Shown in pieces: positions 50,401 to 58,514 of a stretch of DNA of 64,000 bases. Position 1 is the first letter of the stretch; each line of letters starts with the position of its first letter. The stretch comes from Paraspadella gotoi (Eukaryota; Animalia; Chaetognatha): contig CM119264.1 in NCBI GenBank assembly GCA_051294375.1, forward strand, positions 15,587,473 to 15,651,472, in the 5' to 3' direction. The notes beneath the pieces were generated by a model. The model was given only the letters and a program-made list of their open reading frames with translations, was not told where the DNA came from and searched no databases. The position numbers and the translations under genes are program-made.

Positions 50401-53060
50401 ATATCAATGAGAAAAGCTGTTGGGCTGAGTGGGCCAGGGTTAGATGTATGTCTCGCTTCGATCCTCAATTGGTGAGTCTGGATATTATCATAGCTGCAAC
50501 TATTAAAAGTTAATAAAAACTATCTTATGTAAAAATATCGATTAAAAAATCTCACCACCCACTTTACAAACGCGATAGCAAGAAATTCAGATATAATTTT
50601 CTTCTTCCTACTATATTTTAAATATTAATTTTCAATTTCCAGTTTAAAAATATAGTTTATAATTTTTGAAAAAGATTTACATAAGATTTCATTGGCAAAA
50701 AATTATTGAATTTTATTTTATAATACATCAAAATAATCACTGATGTTTTTTCTCTCTCATTCAATACATAATAAAGTAAAAAAAGAAGCAGTGATACGGA
50801 TTTTCTAAGTTTTGAATCCCTACCCTGTATATTTTCTTTTATCAACTTTTTACTAAGAATTTGAATCTGTTAACAGCTGTTCTCAGAATTTTAAAAAAAA
50901 TATTTTGAAATTATATAAGGTAGTACTATATACAAAAAAAATAACTTAGACGAGAATCTCGCTTAAAAAAAATTCAACATTTTTCTAATAGAGAATTCCG
51001 TTCAAATCAGACTAACCAAATTGCAAACGCGTTTGCCAGAAATTCGGTTAAAAAAAAGCTTGTAAAAACGCACGATTCTGAGAGCGTTACATCTGAAGAG
51101 CTTGTCCTATTCGTTTTATGGCATTTGAAAAGGATTAATATCAAACAAGCCAGGGGAAATGCACTACTCATCTCCGGAGAATTTCAAACCTCATTTTTAC
51201 TATAGAAATGAAAGGGAAAGTTTACAAACTTAAAATTGCAAACGGGATTGCAAATATTTCCTGTTACATGACGACTTTGAATTTCGCGATTCTGATAGCT
51301 TTGTGTCTGAAGAGCTTGTCCTATTTTTCTTTTTTATTTATAATGATTTTGACCTAAAATTATCAGGTTTAATGAAAATAGTCCGGTGAATCGCGAAATT
51401 TTTATTTAAAAGAAATTAAAAGGAAGGTTGAGAAAAAAACTGATTTTTCCTAATATCTTTTGAAGGAATAAAGATAAAGGGATGGTAATAGTACCAAAAT
51501 GAAGCCATAATCATAGGGCACATACAAGATACAATTTTAGAATTACTTATGCTGAAACCTCCTTACAGGGTGAGTGTCAAACTAAGTCAAAATTATAATG
51601 ATTTTAAAACTAATGACACCCCATAAGAATAAATGAAAATTTAATTCTTTTTAATGATTCTGAAAGAAAAAGGCTAATTTTTTGGATAAAGAAAATGTGA
51701 ATTTTTTGTCACTTAAATATTTGCTTGTCTGATTTACAAGCATGCTTACAAAATTCTACAAAATATTATTCACCCCATCACAGCCTAAGTATTTATCTTT
51801 CTTTTCCACCAGCAAAAAGTAAACATTATTTTACGCTAGAGAACAGGGATGTTTACTGAAATGAGCCAGAAGACATTCAACTTCTTCACTTTACTGTCAT
51901 TTTTCAATAATAAAATGGGCGAATTTTTTAATTATTTAACTCTCACAGGCTTCATAAGATATACACTTTCATAATATCCTAATGTTAATGTAATTTATTA
52001 TATTTTTACCCAGAAATCATAAAATAACAGAAAGTTGTGTTCCCTTCGCTCGTTTAAGAAAAAAAAATTAACTAGCGGAATTATAAGTTTGTAAGAGGAA
52101 GTCAGAATCGGCGAAAATCTTAAAAGGCGAGAATGTTGAAAAAAGGGGTGGAATTTTGATGGATTTCCTAAGATTTCTCCACAATGTGAGGTCCGATTAA
52201 GCAAAACTTGAGATTTACAATATTCCCGTCATTCCACATCTATCGATATAAAAATATAAGAAAAAGTCACTGGCTTCTTTTTCTATAGCGGCTTCCTAAA
52301 TAACTACGGATTAGTATTCTCTAATATGATAGTTTTCAAGATATAACTGCAAAATTTAGATTCTAAACTTTCACTTCACCCTACTAAGCATACATATATA
52401 AAAAAATGCATAATTAATTAGACAATTTTTAAAAAGTAAAGAAAACTATATATTAAGAGTTATTAAATATTTATTGCAGAAAATGTCATATTGTAAAAAG
52501 CGCTACTATTAGCCCCACCATACATTAAAAAAAAATTAATAATTATTCACTATGGGCCATAGTGAATAATTATTAAATTTTTTTCACGATAATTTTCTGA
52601 ATTTTATCAATTTTTTTAAATGCTCTTTAGCCATTCGAGATCGAGGTGCAATGGTTGGTGGCAACCGCTCCGATCATAAGTGAACTCGTCTATAGTTGGG
52701 CTCGAAAGATCAAAAATAATCCCGGGGTATTTCATCTTCTGCCGGTTCCCGACGATCCCTTCTGTCATCCGAGCATCACGCTCTACTCCGATCCGCTCAG
52801 GTGATATGACTGGTTAGAAGCCCGTGCCACATTAAATTTAATGAGTGAATTTAATCCGTGCTACAGAACTCCTCTTTTCATTCCACTCAATGTCTCCTCA
52901 TTGCTTGATTCTGATGGTTCTATCTTTGCCGACTTTACCGCCGAGACTCGCCTAGAGCGGCTACAAATGTTCCAGGAAGAAATCCTCAAGCGCTTCGGTT
53001 TTCTTCAAGATCGGAGCGTGCCAACAGCGATGCCGTCTCCATTTGACGTAGGAAGATCAG
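1098..53060 (+). CDS. DEPDC5: DEPDC5/IML1 GATOR1 complex subunit, multi-exon gene span (partial: 5' exons upstream, last exon(s) not found)
   Basis: 18 exons splice in consistent phase and give recognisable DEPDC5 motifs: [119 protein letters not shown] domain ([10 protein letters not shown]), [18 protein letters not shown]. Confidence 0.96.
1277..1416 (+). CDS. DEPDC5: DEPDC5 exon (MSVEMWEFD...IVLFSR), ends at a non-canonical GA donor
   Basis: cccag| acceptor; conserved GDLYFEK and VLFSR; AAG|gaattt donor, phase 2. Confidence 0.9.
1484..1610 (+). CDS. DEPDC5: DEPDC5 exon (VFYEAES...FYEDYY..QNERYE)
   Basis: cag|G acceptor, GAG|gtaagt donor; FYEDY/QNER motifs. Confidence 0.92.
1699..4806 (-). 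mobile_element. Helentron-associated non-autonomous element (DINE-1/HINE-like), family 1, with internal ~0.9-kb duplication and 18-bp arrays
   Basis: One end has subTIR plus inverted copy (GTCGGATCTGC..GCAGATCCGAC) next to T-rich flank; GTCC microsatellite; ~150-bp central repeats; other end has subTIR + TTTG-CT-CAAA hairpin + CTTGTT. Confidence 0.8.
2985..3250. repeat. Tandem array, 18-bp unit CATAATTTGGTCAACTG(G/A); also at 3910-4250 and 23165-23410
   Basis: Visible 18-bp periodicity (VDQIMP pseudo-ORFs). Confidence 0.93.
5493..7443. repeat. Foldback: ~780-bp inverted arms with ~390-bp spacer
   Basis: 5493-6269 is the reverse complement of 6659-7443 with scattered indels. Confidence 0.88.
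8340..8530. repeat. Tandem array, 18-bp polypyrimidine unit TTCCTTTCTATTCCTTCT
   Basis: About 8-10 units; SFLFLL pseudo-ORF. Confidence 0.9.
8860..9140 (-). mobile_element. tRNA-derived SINE-like family B; second copy 57410-57660(-)
   Basis: Minus strand GACCCGG-TGGCTCATTGAGTAAAGC...CCGGGTTCAATCCC (A/B-box-like); two colinear copies. Confidence 0.65.
9607..9959. mobile_element. MITE (~350 bp); related palindromic MITEs at ~19340-19680, ~39625-39915, ~53500-53770
   Basis: TAGTAATATCCTTATAAAATCAT...ATGATTTTATAAGGATATTACTA inverted ends; shared gattc..aaaagtt core. Confidence 0.6.
10315..11018 (+). mobile_element. HINE family 1 copy (short)
   Basis: Starts tttttagtcggttctgc..gcagatcccgac; (GTCC)n; ends gcagatccgac..tttgctcaaacttgtt. 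Confidence 0.8.
11019..12492 (+). mobile_element. HINE family 1 copy carrying a ~1-kb 18-bp satellite
   Basis: Same termini; directly head-to-tail with the previous copy. Confidence 0.8.
11365..12400. repeat. Tandem array, 18-bp unit TGATGCGAGTTGAAAAAA
   Basis: More than 50 visible units; produces the spurious 357-aa [15 protein letters not shown]. Confidence 0.95.
12695..12902 (+). CDS. DEPDC5: DEPDC5 exon ([13 protein letters not shown]...[19 protein letters not shown])
   Basis: taag| acceptor, CAG|gtactt donor; conserved AQGNYLE. Confidence 0.92.
12968..13046 (+). CDS. DEPDC5: DEPDC5 exon ([26 protein letters not shown]), GC donor
   Basis: cccag| acceptor; AAG|gcatgt donor gives TKQR-TIDNG in phase 2. 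Confidence 0.88.
13890..14162. mobile_element. MITE-like inverted repeat (~270 bp)
   Basis: aaaagaaaattacaaaatacattgg..ttttctgctaataaaatccctgga mirrored by tccagggattttattagcagaaaa..ccaatgtattttgcaattttctttt. Confidence 0.6.
14164..15188 (+). mobile_element. HINE-like family 2 (subTIR ATC(A/G)TCGCAATCGC); partial inverted copy at 4815-5205
   Basis: 5' atcatcgcaatcgc-ttagc-gtttgcaacgat hairpin, (GTC)n microsatellite, 3' gcgattgcgacgat + cttatgcttttaag hairpin + T-run. Confidence 0.65.
16492..16680 (+). repeat. Dispersed ~190-bp repeat; copies 25953-26053(+), 35027-35097(-), 37955-38086(+)
   Basis: Shared atcttgtaagagtgatggaggccttaaaccaccaaag..cctgtccaaagtcaggggcaagatagc. Confidence 0.8.
16865..17063 (+). 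CDS. DEPDC5: DEPDC5 exon ([24 protein letters not shown]...PHWINLSFY...)
   Basis: ctag| acceptor, AAG|gtaact donor; highly conserved motifs. Confidence 0.93.
20621..24768. mobile_element. Putative TIR DNA element with nested insertions
   Basis: AGGGTAGTGCGGGGTATTTCGGAACA at left and TGTTCCGAATTACCCCGCACTACCCT at right; AT or TA dinucleotide flanks. Confidence 0.6.
21985..24127 (-). mobile_element. HINE family 1 copy
   Basis: Colinear with 1.9-4.8 kb copy; terminates gcagatccgactaaaa. Confidence 0.8.
25140..25180 (+). ncRNA. Hammerhead ribozyme motif, degenerate stem I/III
   Basis: CUGAAGA-A-GGUUCG/CGAACC-GAAA-CAUAUC. Confidence 0.55.
25591..25895 (+). CDS. DEPDC5: DEPDC5 exon (MFSGCC...[10 protein letters not shown]...)
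   Basis: ccag| phase 0 acceptor, AA|gtaatt phase 2 donor; DxxxYDAxVF motif. Confidence 0.85.
26076..26250 (+). CDS. DEPDC5: DEPDC5 exon ([15 protein letters not shown]...KIKQ), low-conservation region
   Basis: ttcag|A phase 2 acceptor matches previous exon; CAG|gttagg phase 0 donor matches next exon. Confidence 0.75.
26924..26966 (-). ncRNA. Minimal hammerhead ribozyme, inverted copy (1-nt insertion in stem II)
   Basis: Reverse complement of the 27852 motif. Confidence 0.65.
27852..27894 (+). ncRNA. Minimal type I hammerhead ribozyme
   Basis: GGCG-CUGAAGA-A-GGCUC/GAGCC-GAAA-CAUGUC-UGCU; AATAAA follows. Confidence 0.78.
28500..28800 (-). pseudogene. Possible decayed Ty3/gypsy gag-like fragment
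   Basis: GC-richer island; minus-strand pieces [12 protein letters not shown] / [19 protein letters not shown] / EEADAFF in shifting frames. Confidence 0.35.
28878..30785 (+). mobile_element. HINE family 1 copy interrupted by an assembly gap; indel-rich sequence
   Basis: 5' hairpin terminus at 28878; central repeats resume after the N-run. Confidence 0.7.
31749..33821. mobile_element. Cluster of HINE family 1 pieces (- 31749-32350; + 32350-33473; - 33477-33821)
   Basis: Same modules in alternating orientation; two 3' ends abut at 33440-33510. Confidence 0.75.
33948..34106 (+). CDS. DEPDC5: DEPDC5 exon (HPLNPFAPS...[11 protein letters not shown]...)
   Basis: ccag| acceptor, ACG|gtaaag donor; conserved NPFAP/SNRRRW. 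Confidence 0.9.
34184..34403 (+). CDS. DEPDC5: DEPDC5 exon ([11 protein letters not shown]...NSMP), Ser-rich linker
   Basis: TACTAAC branch point at 34171 just before cag|; A|gtgcgt phase 1 donor fits next exon. Confidence 0.78.
34662..34888 (+). CDS. DEPDC5: DEPDC5 exon (...[19 protein letters not shown]...YS)
   Basis: acag|GT phase 1 acceptor, TCG|gtacgt donor; conserved GVDWK/LPxTTD. Confidence 0.92.
35524..35863. repeat. Near-perfect 340-bp palindrome without spacer
   Basis: gtacccgaagcgtagagtgtcc...aaaa|tttt...ggacactctacgcttcgcgtac. Confidence 0.92.
36617..37515. repeat. Dispersed ~900-bp repeat, second copy 55853-56865
   Basis: Colinear high-identity sequence in the same orientation. 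Confidence 0.85.
38190..38292 (+). CDS. DEPDC5: DEPDC5 exon (VYPYDYW...[13 protein letters not shown])
   Basis: gaag| acceptor, G|gttaca donor; QRLxxGFQI motif spans the junction. Confidence 0.87.
38362..38587 (+). CDS. DEPDC5: DEPDC5 exon (FQIVSP...[12 protein letters not shown]...DYR)
   Basis: tcag| acceptor, AG|gtgttt donor; open frame with GRIFH motif. Confidence 0.9.
38650..38912 (+). CDS. DEPDC5: DEPDC5 exon (YQFQVP...NWNYVDNY...[10 protein letters not shown]...CDVYM)
   Basis: atag| acceptor, G|gtgaga donor; conserved motifs. Confidence 0.93.
39516..39557 (+). ncRNA. Minimal type I hammerhead ribozyme
   Basis: AACG-CUGAUGA-A-GGCUU/AAGUC stem II-GAAA-CAUG-UC-CGUU; stem I AACG/CGUU; GUC cleavage triplet; AATAAA follows. 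Confidence 0.82.
39993..42193. mobile_element. Non-autonomous hAT-type element, long imperfect TIRs, 8-bp TSD ATAAATAC
   Basis: TAGACACATTTGAATCCGACAA...TTGTCGGATTCAAATGTGTCTA; ATAAATAC at 39985-39992 and 42194-42201. Confidence 0.9.
43075..43483 (-). repeat. Dispersed repeat with decayed Ser/Thr/Gln-rich ORF, second copy 55132-55677
   Basis: MDLL(T/A)LVQNTH... reading present in both copies, frameshifted in the second. Confidence 0.75.
44362..44445. repeat. (AAT)n microsatellite
   Basis: Directly visible. Confidence 0.95.
44441..45706. repeat. Inverted duplication, ~450-bp arms; related sequence at 62160-62540
   Basis: 44441-44890 mirrors 45251-45706. Confidence 0.85.
44842..45075 (+). 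mobile_element. tRNA(Gly)-like SINE family A; other copies 19684-19879(-), 20061-20290(-), 42942-43073(-), 45253-45300(-), 48935-49146(+), 57166-57376(+)
   Basis: GCGGCCA...TGGTCGC acceptor-like stem, CGCCTCCCAA anticodon-like region, CCGGG-GTTCTAG-CCCGG T-arm; seven dispersed copies. Confidence 0.72.
46372..47112 (+). mobile_element. HINE family 1, complete short copy (~740 bp)
   Basis: Both termini intact, (GTCY)n microsatellite, T-rich flanks. Confidence 0.85.
48215..48680. repeat. ~125-140-bp tandem duplication rich in TTTTACGCCA motifs
   Basis: tatatggttt..ttttacgccattcta..ggataaatcttt..acttaactgaatag occurs twice; many TTACGCCA copies. Confidence 0.7.
49314..49629 (+). CDS. DEPDC5: DEPDC5 exon ([25 protein letters not shown]...)
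   Basis: acag| phase 1 acceptor joins directly to CDVYM; FxRFVExLNRxRR motif; AG|gtttaa donor. Confidence 0.9.
49706..50471 (+). CDS. DEPDC5: DEPDC5 exon containing the DEP domain
   Basis: ctcag|C acceptor, TTG|gtgagt donor; [10 protein letters not shown]...FVFGTYFYH; KSxxAEW. Confidence 0.93.
52631..52800 (+). CDS. DEPDC5: DEPDC5 exon ([13 protein letters not shown]...WARK...[10 protein letters not shown]...SDPLR)
   Basis: ttag| acceptor, AG|gtgata donor; C-terminal domain motifs. Confidence 0.92.
52867..53060 (+). CDS. DEPDC5: DEPDC5 exon (TPLFIPLN...[14 protein letters not shown]...); 3' end uncertain (53047, 53051 or 53060)
   Basis: acag|A acceptor; RFGF motif; three candidate donors and the next exon was not seen. 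Confidence 0.85.
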
Positions 53061-53157
53061 GTTTCTAAAAACGAAAATTGTTGGAGCCGGCAAGATTAAG
53101 TTGTTACGGCTGTTGCGGCGCAGCAGTGTTGCGCAGCTGACTTGACTACATAACTAT

Positions 53158-54133
53158 TAGAGCGTTGAAAAATAACAAATTCAAGTTGAGTTACCTAGCC
53201 TATTTTAGTGTAACTGTAGTCTGTAGAATTCGATGGTGATGACCATTTTTTGTATAAATTTTATCTTTCTTGTCGGAAATGAGGGTTTTTAATGTATATA
53301 AGTTGTTATAAATAGCAAACCATTATAAGTATGATAAATCAATTATTAAAATTTTATAAAATTTTATTGAGCTTTTGAAATATATAAAATAAAGACTTTA
53401 AAATATTTTGGTAGTGCTATTTCTAAATTTTATGTTTTATAAAAAAGTTAGTTAACTATATTTATTAATAATTATAAGTAAAAATTGGGCTAAAGTTAAA
53501 AAATAATATTTCAAAATTTTTTTCATGGATTTGGATTCTTTGTCAAAAGTTGATATAAGAAATATAATAATTTTATATCAAATTATTTATTAAGTTGGTC
53601 CAAAATTCATAACTATAATTTTAAGCCAAAAATTGAAAATTAACAAAAATAAATAGTTTTAATATTTTTACCTACTTAATGAAGAATTTTTTAAAATGGA
53701 TTATACTTTCTTATATCAACTTTTTTAAGGAATTCAAATCCGATTTTAAAATTTTAAAATTTTAATTTTTCACTTTAGCTTATTTTTATTATTATTATTA
53801 ATAAATATAGTTTAACAAACTATTAATAAAATATAAAATTTGTAAACAAACTTACCAAAATATTTATATGGGGTCTTTATTTTCATATTATGTAAGTTAA
53901 ATATGGCTTTTATAAATCTTAATATAATTGAGTTTTTCATTACTCTACAATGTTTGCTTACATTTTAATAGCACGTTATTTGCTGCAAACAATCGCCATT
54001 TCCGACAAAGAAGATGAGACTATCAAAAAAATGGTTATCAAATTCATCACTTCTACAGACTTTATATAACACTTAATACTCTGCTACTTACACTTGACGC
54101 TTTGTATTATTTTCGTTATTTTTCAACGCCCTA
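53158..54133. mobile_element. Non-autonomous hAT-type element (TAG(A/G)GCGTTG TIR), 8-bp TSD ATAACTAT
   Basis: TAGAGCGTTGAAAAATAAC...GTTATTTTTCAACGCCCTA; ATAACTAT at 53150-53157 and 54134-54141. Confidence 0.9.
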
Positions 54134-55215
54134 ATAACTATGAAACATGCAAAACAAGCATGTATGGCTTATCACTTATTTATGAAGTATAAACTATAAC
54201 AAGAAGTATACGAACTATGACGCGTGTTATGTTACTAGCTTGAGGGGAAATCGAGGGAAAAAAATGTATATTTCGCGAACAGTAGAAACTCGAGAATATA
54301 TCGATAGACCAAATATACCAAAGGGAGGAGGAGGAGGAAAGAAGAGGAAGAGAAGAATGGGACGGCAGGCTAAATCCTCCTCTGCGTCCCCCTTCTTGAC
54401 CAAAATGTCATGTCCAGGCCCCCAATGACGTGGCATGACATCGTCATTAAGGCGGGCCAAAATTGAACGCTTTTTATAACTTCTAATTCTCTCAAAAAAA
54501 TTTATTCTTCCTTCTATTACTAAATCGATTTTCAATGCAACTTTTTGAATAAGTTCATTGGGTTTTTGCACTGAAGCTATAATAAATGAATGTATATAAT
54601 GAATATATAACAAATAACAAAATTTTTTTTTTAAATTTATTTTTTAAGATTCCTATAGAGCTTGAAAAGTTAAATGAAAGTTAGTGCTACAATTTTTTAA
54701 AAATTTTGACAATAAATTAGTTAAAATAAAAAAAGTGAGAGAAGTCGCATACTAAAACTATTAGATTTCCATTAAAAGCTATTTAAATCATTTAAAGTTC
54801 ATTTTTTAAAAAAAAATTATGTCACAGTCATTGACAAGTTATGCCGCTGCACCATGACTGATATTGATTCTTAAAAAATGGTAGTGATAGAGTCTAAAAT
54901 GTGGCAAATTTCTGAGACAACCATGGTCATAAGTCTATTTCCATCAGTTTAGGGTAAGTTTTTTTTGCGTTTTCCAAAACCAGGTTGCCTTTTGGTCTTG
55001 AGAAACACATCGATGAGGGGGTATATAGATCTTTTCAGCGCAGATTTGAGGGATCATGTATTCTTTCCAAGGTCCAGTTCTTTCATTTCTTGATTTTGTT
55101 TCCCATTTCTTGACCGGAGACTGATAAGAGCAGGCTTTATTTTTGTGTTGATTCTTGTTTAAGTTGATTCTTTAGAAGTTTGAAATTAGTTTCAACAACA
55201 ATTTATTTCATTAGT

Positions 55216-55257
55216 AACGGACATGTTTCGGCTTAGGTACAAGCCTTCATCAGCGTT
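55216..55257 (-). ncRNA. Minimal type I hammerhead ribozyme
   Basis: Minus strand AACG-CUGAUGA-A-GGCUU/AAGCC-GAAA-CAUGUC-CGUU. Confidence 0.82.
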
Positions 55258-56989
55258 AGAAAAGTTTTTATTAAATAAAAATAAATTATTAATAAAATAA
55301 ATTGTTGTTGAAACACAACAAAACGAAAGGATTACATCACAAAGTTAATTCTTGTAAATGAAGTTTCTCCTTAGATTTTTACAGCTGAAGTATCTCCAGC
55401 TTGAGTTTTCACCTGTTTAGCATTGTCTTTGACAGTTGGTCTGCACTTGAGAATCAGAAATGATGGCGGTTTGGGTAGTTTAAGAAGAGGTTGAGTTAGG
55501 AAATTTTGTCCAAGTAGATTGATTGCAACTGGCCTTGGCTTTTGTGGTCTGGGTTGAAGCATTGGCGTGGGGGAAATAGGTTTGAGTTGAGGTGGAGACA
55601 GTTTGGGTTTTTAAAGGCAGAGGGGACATGTGTATTCTGCACCAAAGCAAGTAGATCCATTATATTCTTGTCCAGAATTCGTGGGTTTGCATTATTAGTA
55701 TACAATCTTTTAAAAAAATTCATCAGGTTTTCCAAGATGCCAATATATTCTCNNNNNNNNNNNNNNNNNNNNNNNNNNNNNNNNNNNNNNNNNNNNNNNN
55801 NNNNNNNNNNNNNNNNNNNNNNNNNNNNNNNNNNNNNNNNNNNNNNNNNNNNAAATTAACAAGCAGACAATACGTATTTTAATTTATAAATCTTTTATAG
55901 TAAGATATTTTACTGCCAATAGTGGCGGGCCTGAACTGCATTTGTCCTACTTTTACCATAAAAAAATCTGGCTAGCTTGATGTCTCGGCGAAAGAAAGAA
56001 ATGATCCTAGGTCCGGATCAGGATCGCCGAAAACGACGGAGGACGCAGTTGCGACGGTGAGNNNNNNNNNNAAAGGAGTGACGCATAAAACGACGTTGGA
56101 AGCAGCAAAAGAGACGAGTTTTGTGCGTGTTTGAGTCCGCTGCTTCAGAAGCCGCAGCAAGGGGCTTCGATGAAAAAAAAGTGGGAAATGCTCATCGAAT
56201 GCCGTAGCAGCGAATCTCTCTCTCTCATGGTATTTTGAACGATGGAGGAAGCAGTTGCGACAGCGAGAGCTACGGCAAAGGGAGTGACGCATGAAATGAC
56301 AATCAAAGCAGTAAAAGAGATATTTTTGTGCCTGTAATTATTGATTATTGATGTAATGAAAATCTATCAATCTTCTGGAAAGAGAAGAGATACAATTTAT
56401 ATATTTATTTAAGTATAAATTTAAGTAATGAGAGAATGAGAGAAAAGACAAATGTCAAACTGAGAATATTGTTAATTTAGTCGTGTAAGATAAATGGATA
56501 AATGAAGAATGAATGTCGAGGATGAATTATTATAGGAAAATTATTATAGTATTAAATTAAAATAAAATTAAATTAAAATTATTATATATATATATTATTA
56601 TTATTATTATTATTAATATAAAAAAATTGAAATTAAAAAATGCGTTTAGTTTGGATGTGAGTCCCGGTTAAGGAGAAGGTTAGCANNNNNNNNNNGAACC
56701 GCGATGGAGTTTATTTTTCACCATCGCCTTGCGTTTTGATGGGCGATGGCTCGGAGAAAAGGTAGAGCTTTTAGATCCCTCCCTACAAATGTTTCCATGA
56801 CTAAGAGTTGGAAGAAGCTGCCTTGCGCTTGGCAGTTCGCAAAAGGACTGCAAAGTTTTGACGAACGAGCGGCAACGGGGGTTGAGGCAGTTTAAAGGAG
56901 TACGGCTTCGTGGTCTGGGGAAACGACAGAAACGTTGAATGCAATTTTCCGGCCATTAATCAAGTTGGGAATGTAGACGGGCCTGATTG

Positions 56990-57160
56990 GGAGCCAGGTA
57001 ACCCTGCCATTGGTTTAACTCTTTATGAAAAGACTGCTGCAATCACGGCTAGAACCCAGAACCATCGGGTTCAGAGATGAAGTGTTAACCCAGTGCGCTA
57101 TTACGGCTCTGATGGAAGTCAGTTGTATCCAACGGATAGTAATATTACATCACAAATCAA
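56990..57160 (-). mobile_element. tRNA-like SINE head, family C (single copy in window)
   Basis: Minus strand gagccgtaatagcgcactgggttaac..ctctgaa..ctgggttctagcc; A/B-box-like but stems imperfect. Confidence 0.45.
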
Positions 57161-58471
57161 TCATTTATGGTGGACTAAAATCCACCAACCGTTCATCAGC
57201 CGGAGGCAAATCATTCGCCTTCCAACCCAAAGGTCCGGGGTTCTAGCCGGTGGTCGCCTAGCAGTTAAGAGGGACGGGGCGCTTAACCCGGTGTTACAGC
57301 CTGATCCAAAGTTCAGGGACTGCTTATATTGATCGGTTCTGTCATTAACACATATCAATAATTACTGTCTGTTCACATTCAAACAACTGATTAATCAGCT
57401 AATATTTGAATAAGGCGCTAAGTGGGCTGAAGATGACTACCGTAACTTCTATAACCCCCTTTAGTAGCCATGGAACTGGCTTGGAACCAGGCTTGAGGGT
57501 GCCACGCCCCCAAGGCGGCTTTCGGCCGTCCTCACGCTTCCCGCAGGGTAGGTACCAGGTTGGGATTGAACCCGGTACCTAGTGGTCATGAACAGATGGC
57601 TTTACTCAATGAGCCACCGGGTCAGGACTGAAGGTGTCATGCTTATAGGCCGGGGTGAACCTAGGCAATGCCGACTACAAATATATCATTTTAGGCTTAT
57701 TTTACATTCGCCGACCGGGATTTTGCGGTCAGTTATTATTAATAATAGTAATAAAACATTTCAATATTTTTTTTTAATTTATAATAACCAATATTGAGGT
57801 GGGGAATCTGATGGTAATGTTAAAATTCTTCCATATTGTCGGGATACCCTGACTACCTGGCCCTGAATGAGCATTTATTCCTTTTTTTAAAGGTTTTATG
57901 CTTTTAGCACTTTTATTTTTCTGAATTTTATTATAGAAACCTTGAAGGGAGTGAATCATACTATTTTTTTTGCAAATAAGCATATTGTGTTACATATTTA
58001 CAAATAATTTTTTAATATGGGCCCCATATCGAGCATTTTATGGATTTTTTGCCTTTTGAAGCAAATTAAAACAGCAAGCTCAATTATTTACACATTAATA
58101 ATCTATCTTTAGAATTGAAAAGAATTAAAAATATAATGATGCAGTTAGTATTTATTGATCAGCAATATTGTGAGTACTTAAACTTAAAAATAACTCTAAC
58201 TAGGATGTGGTTTTTGTTCTAATTTAAATTTTGTAGGTCCATCATAGTTGATTTTCTGTTGTCATGAAATGTTTCGCGGTGCATAGTGACGTGGTGAAAC
58301 ATCCCCGCGTGAGAAGCAGCAGATTTTGGCCCGAATGACTGAAAATTCAGTTACATGTTTAATAAACATTGTTTATTCATATTTATTGCTATATTGAAGT
58401 AATCCTTCGTTGTTACTATTAATTAGAGAATTGACAAAGTTTTTGTTTGCAACGAATTTTATTTATAGTTG

Positions 58472-58514
58472 AACAGACATGTTTCGACTTGTTTTACAAG
58501 TCTTCATCAGCGTT
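58472..58514 (-). ncRNA. Minimal type I hammerhead ribozyme; 5'-truncated mirror copy at 58528-58565(+)
   Basis: Minus strand AACG-CUGAUGA-A-GACUUG/CAAGUC-GAAA-CAUGUC-UGUU. Confidence 0.8.

Noticed and set aside
53048-53061. GA donor at 53052
   Set aside because: Two GT donors are adjacent and the next exon is unknown, so phase cannot be tested
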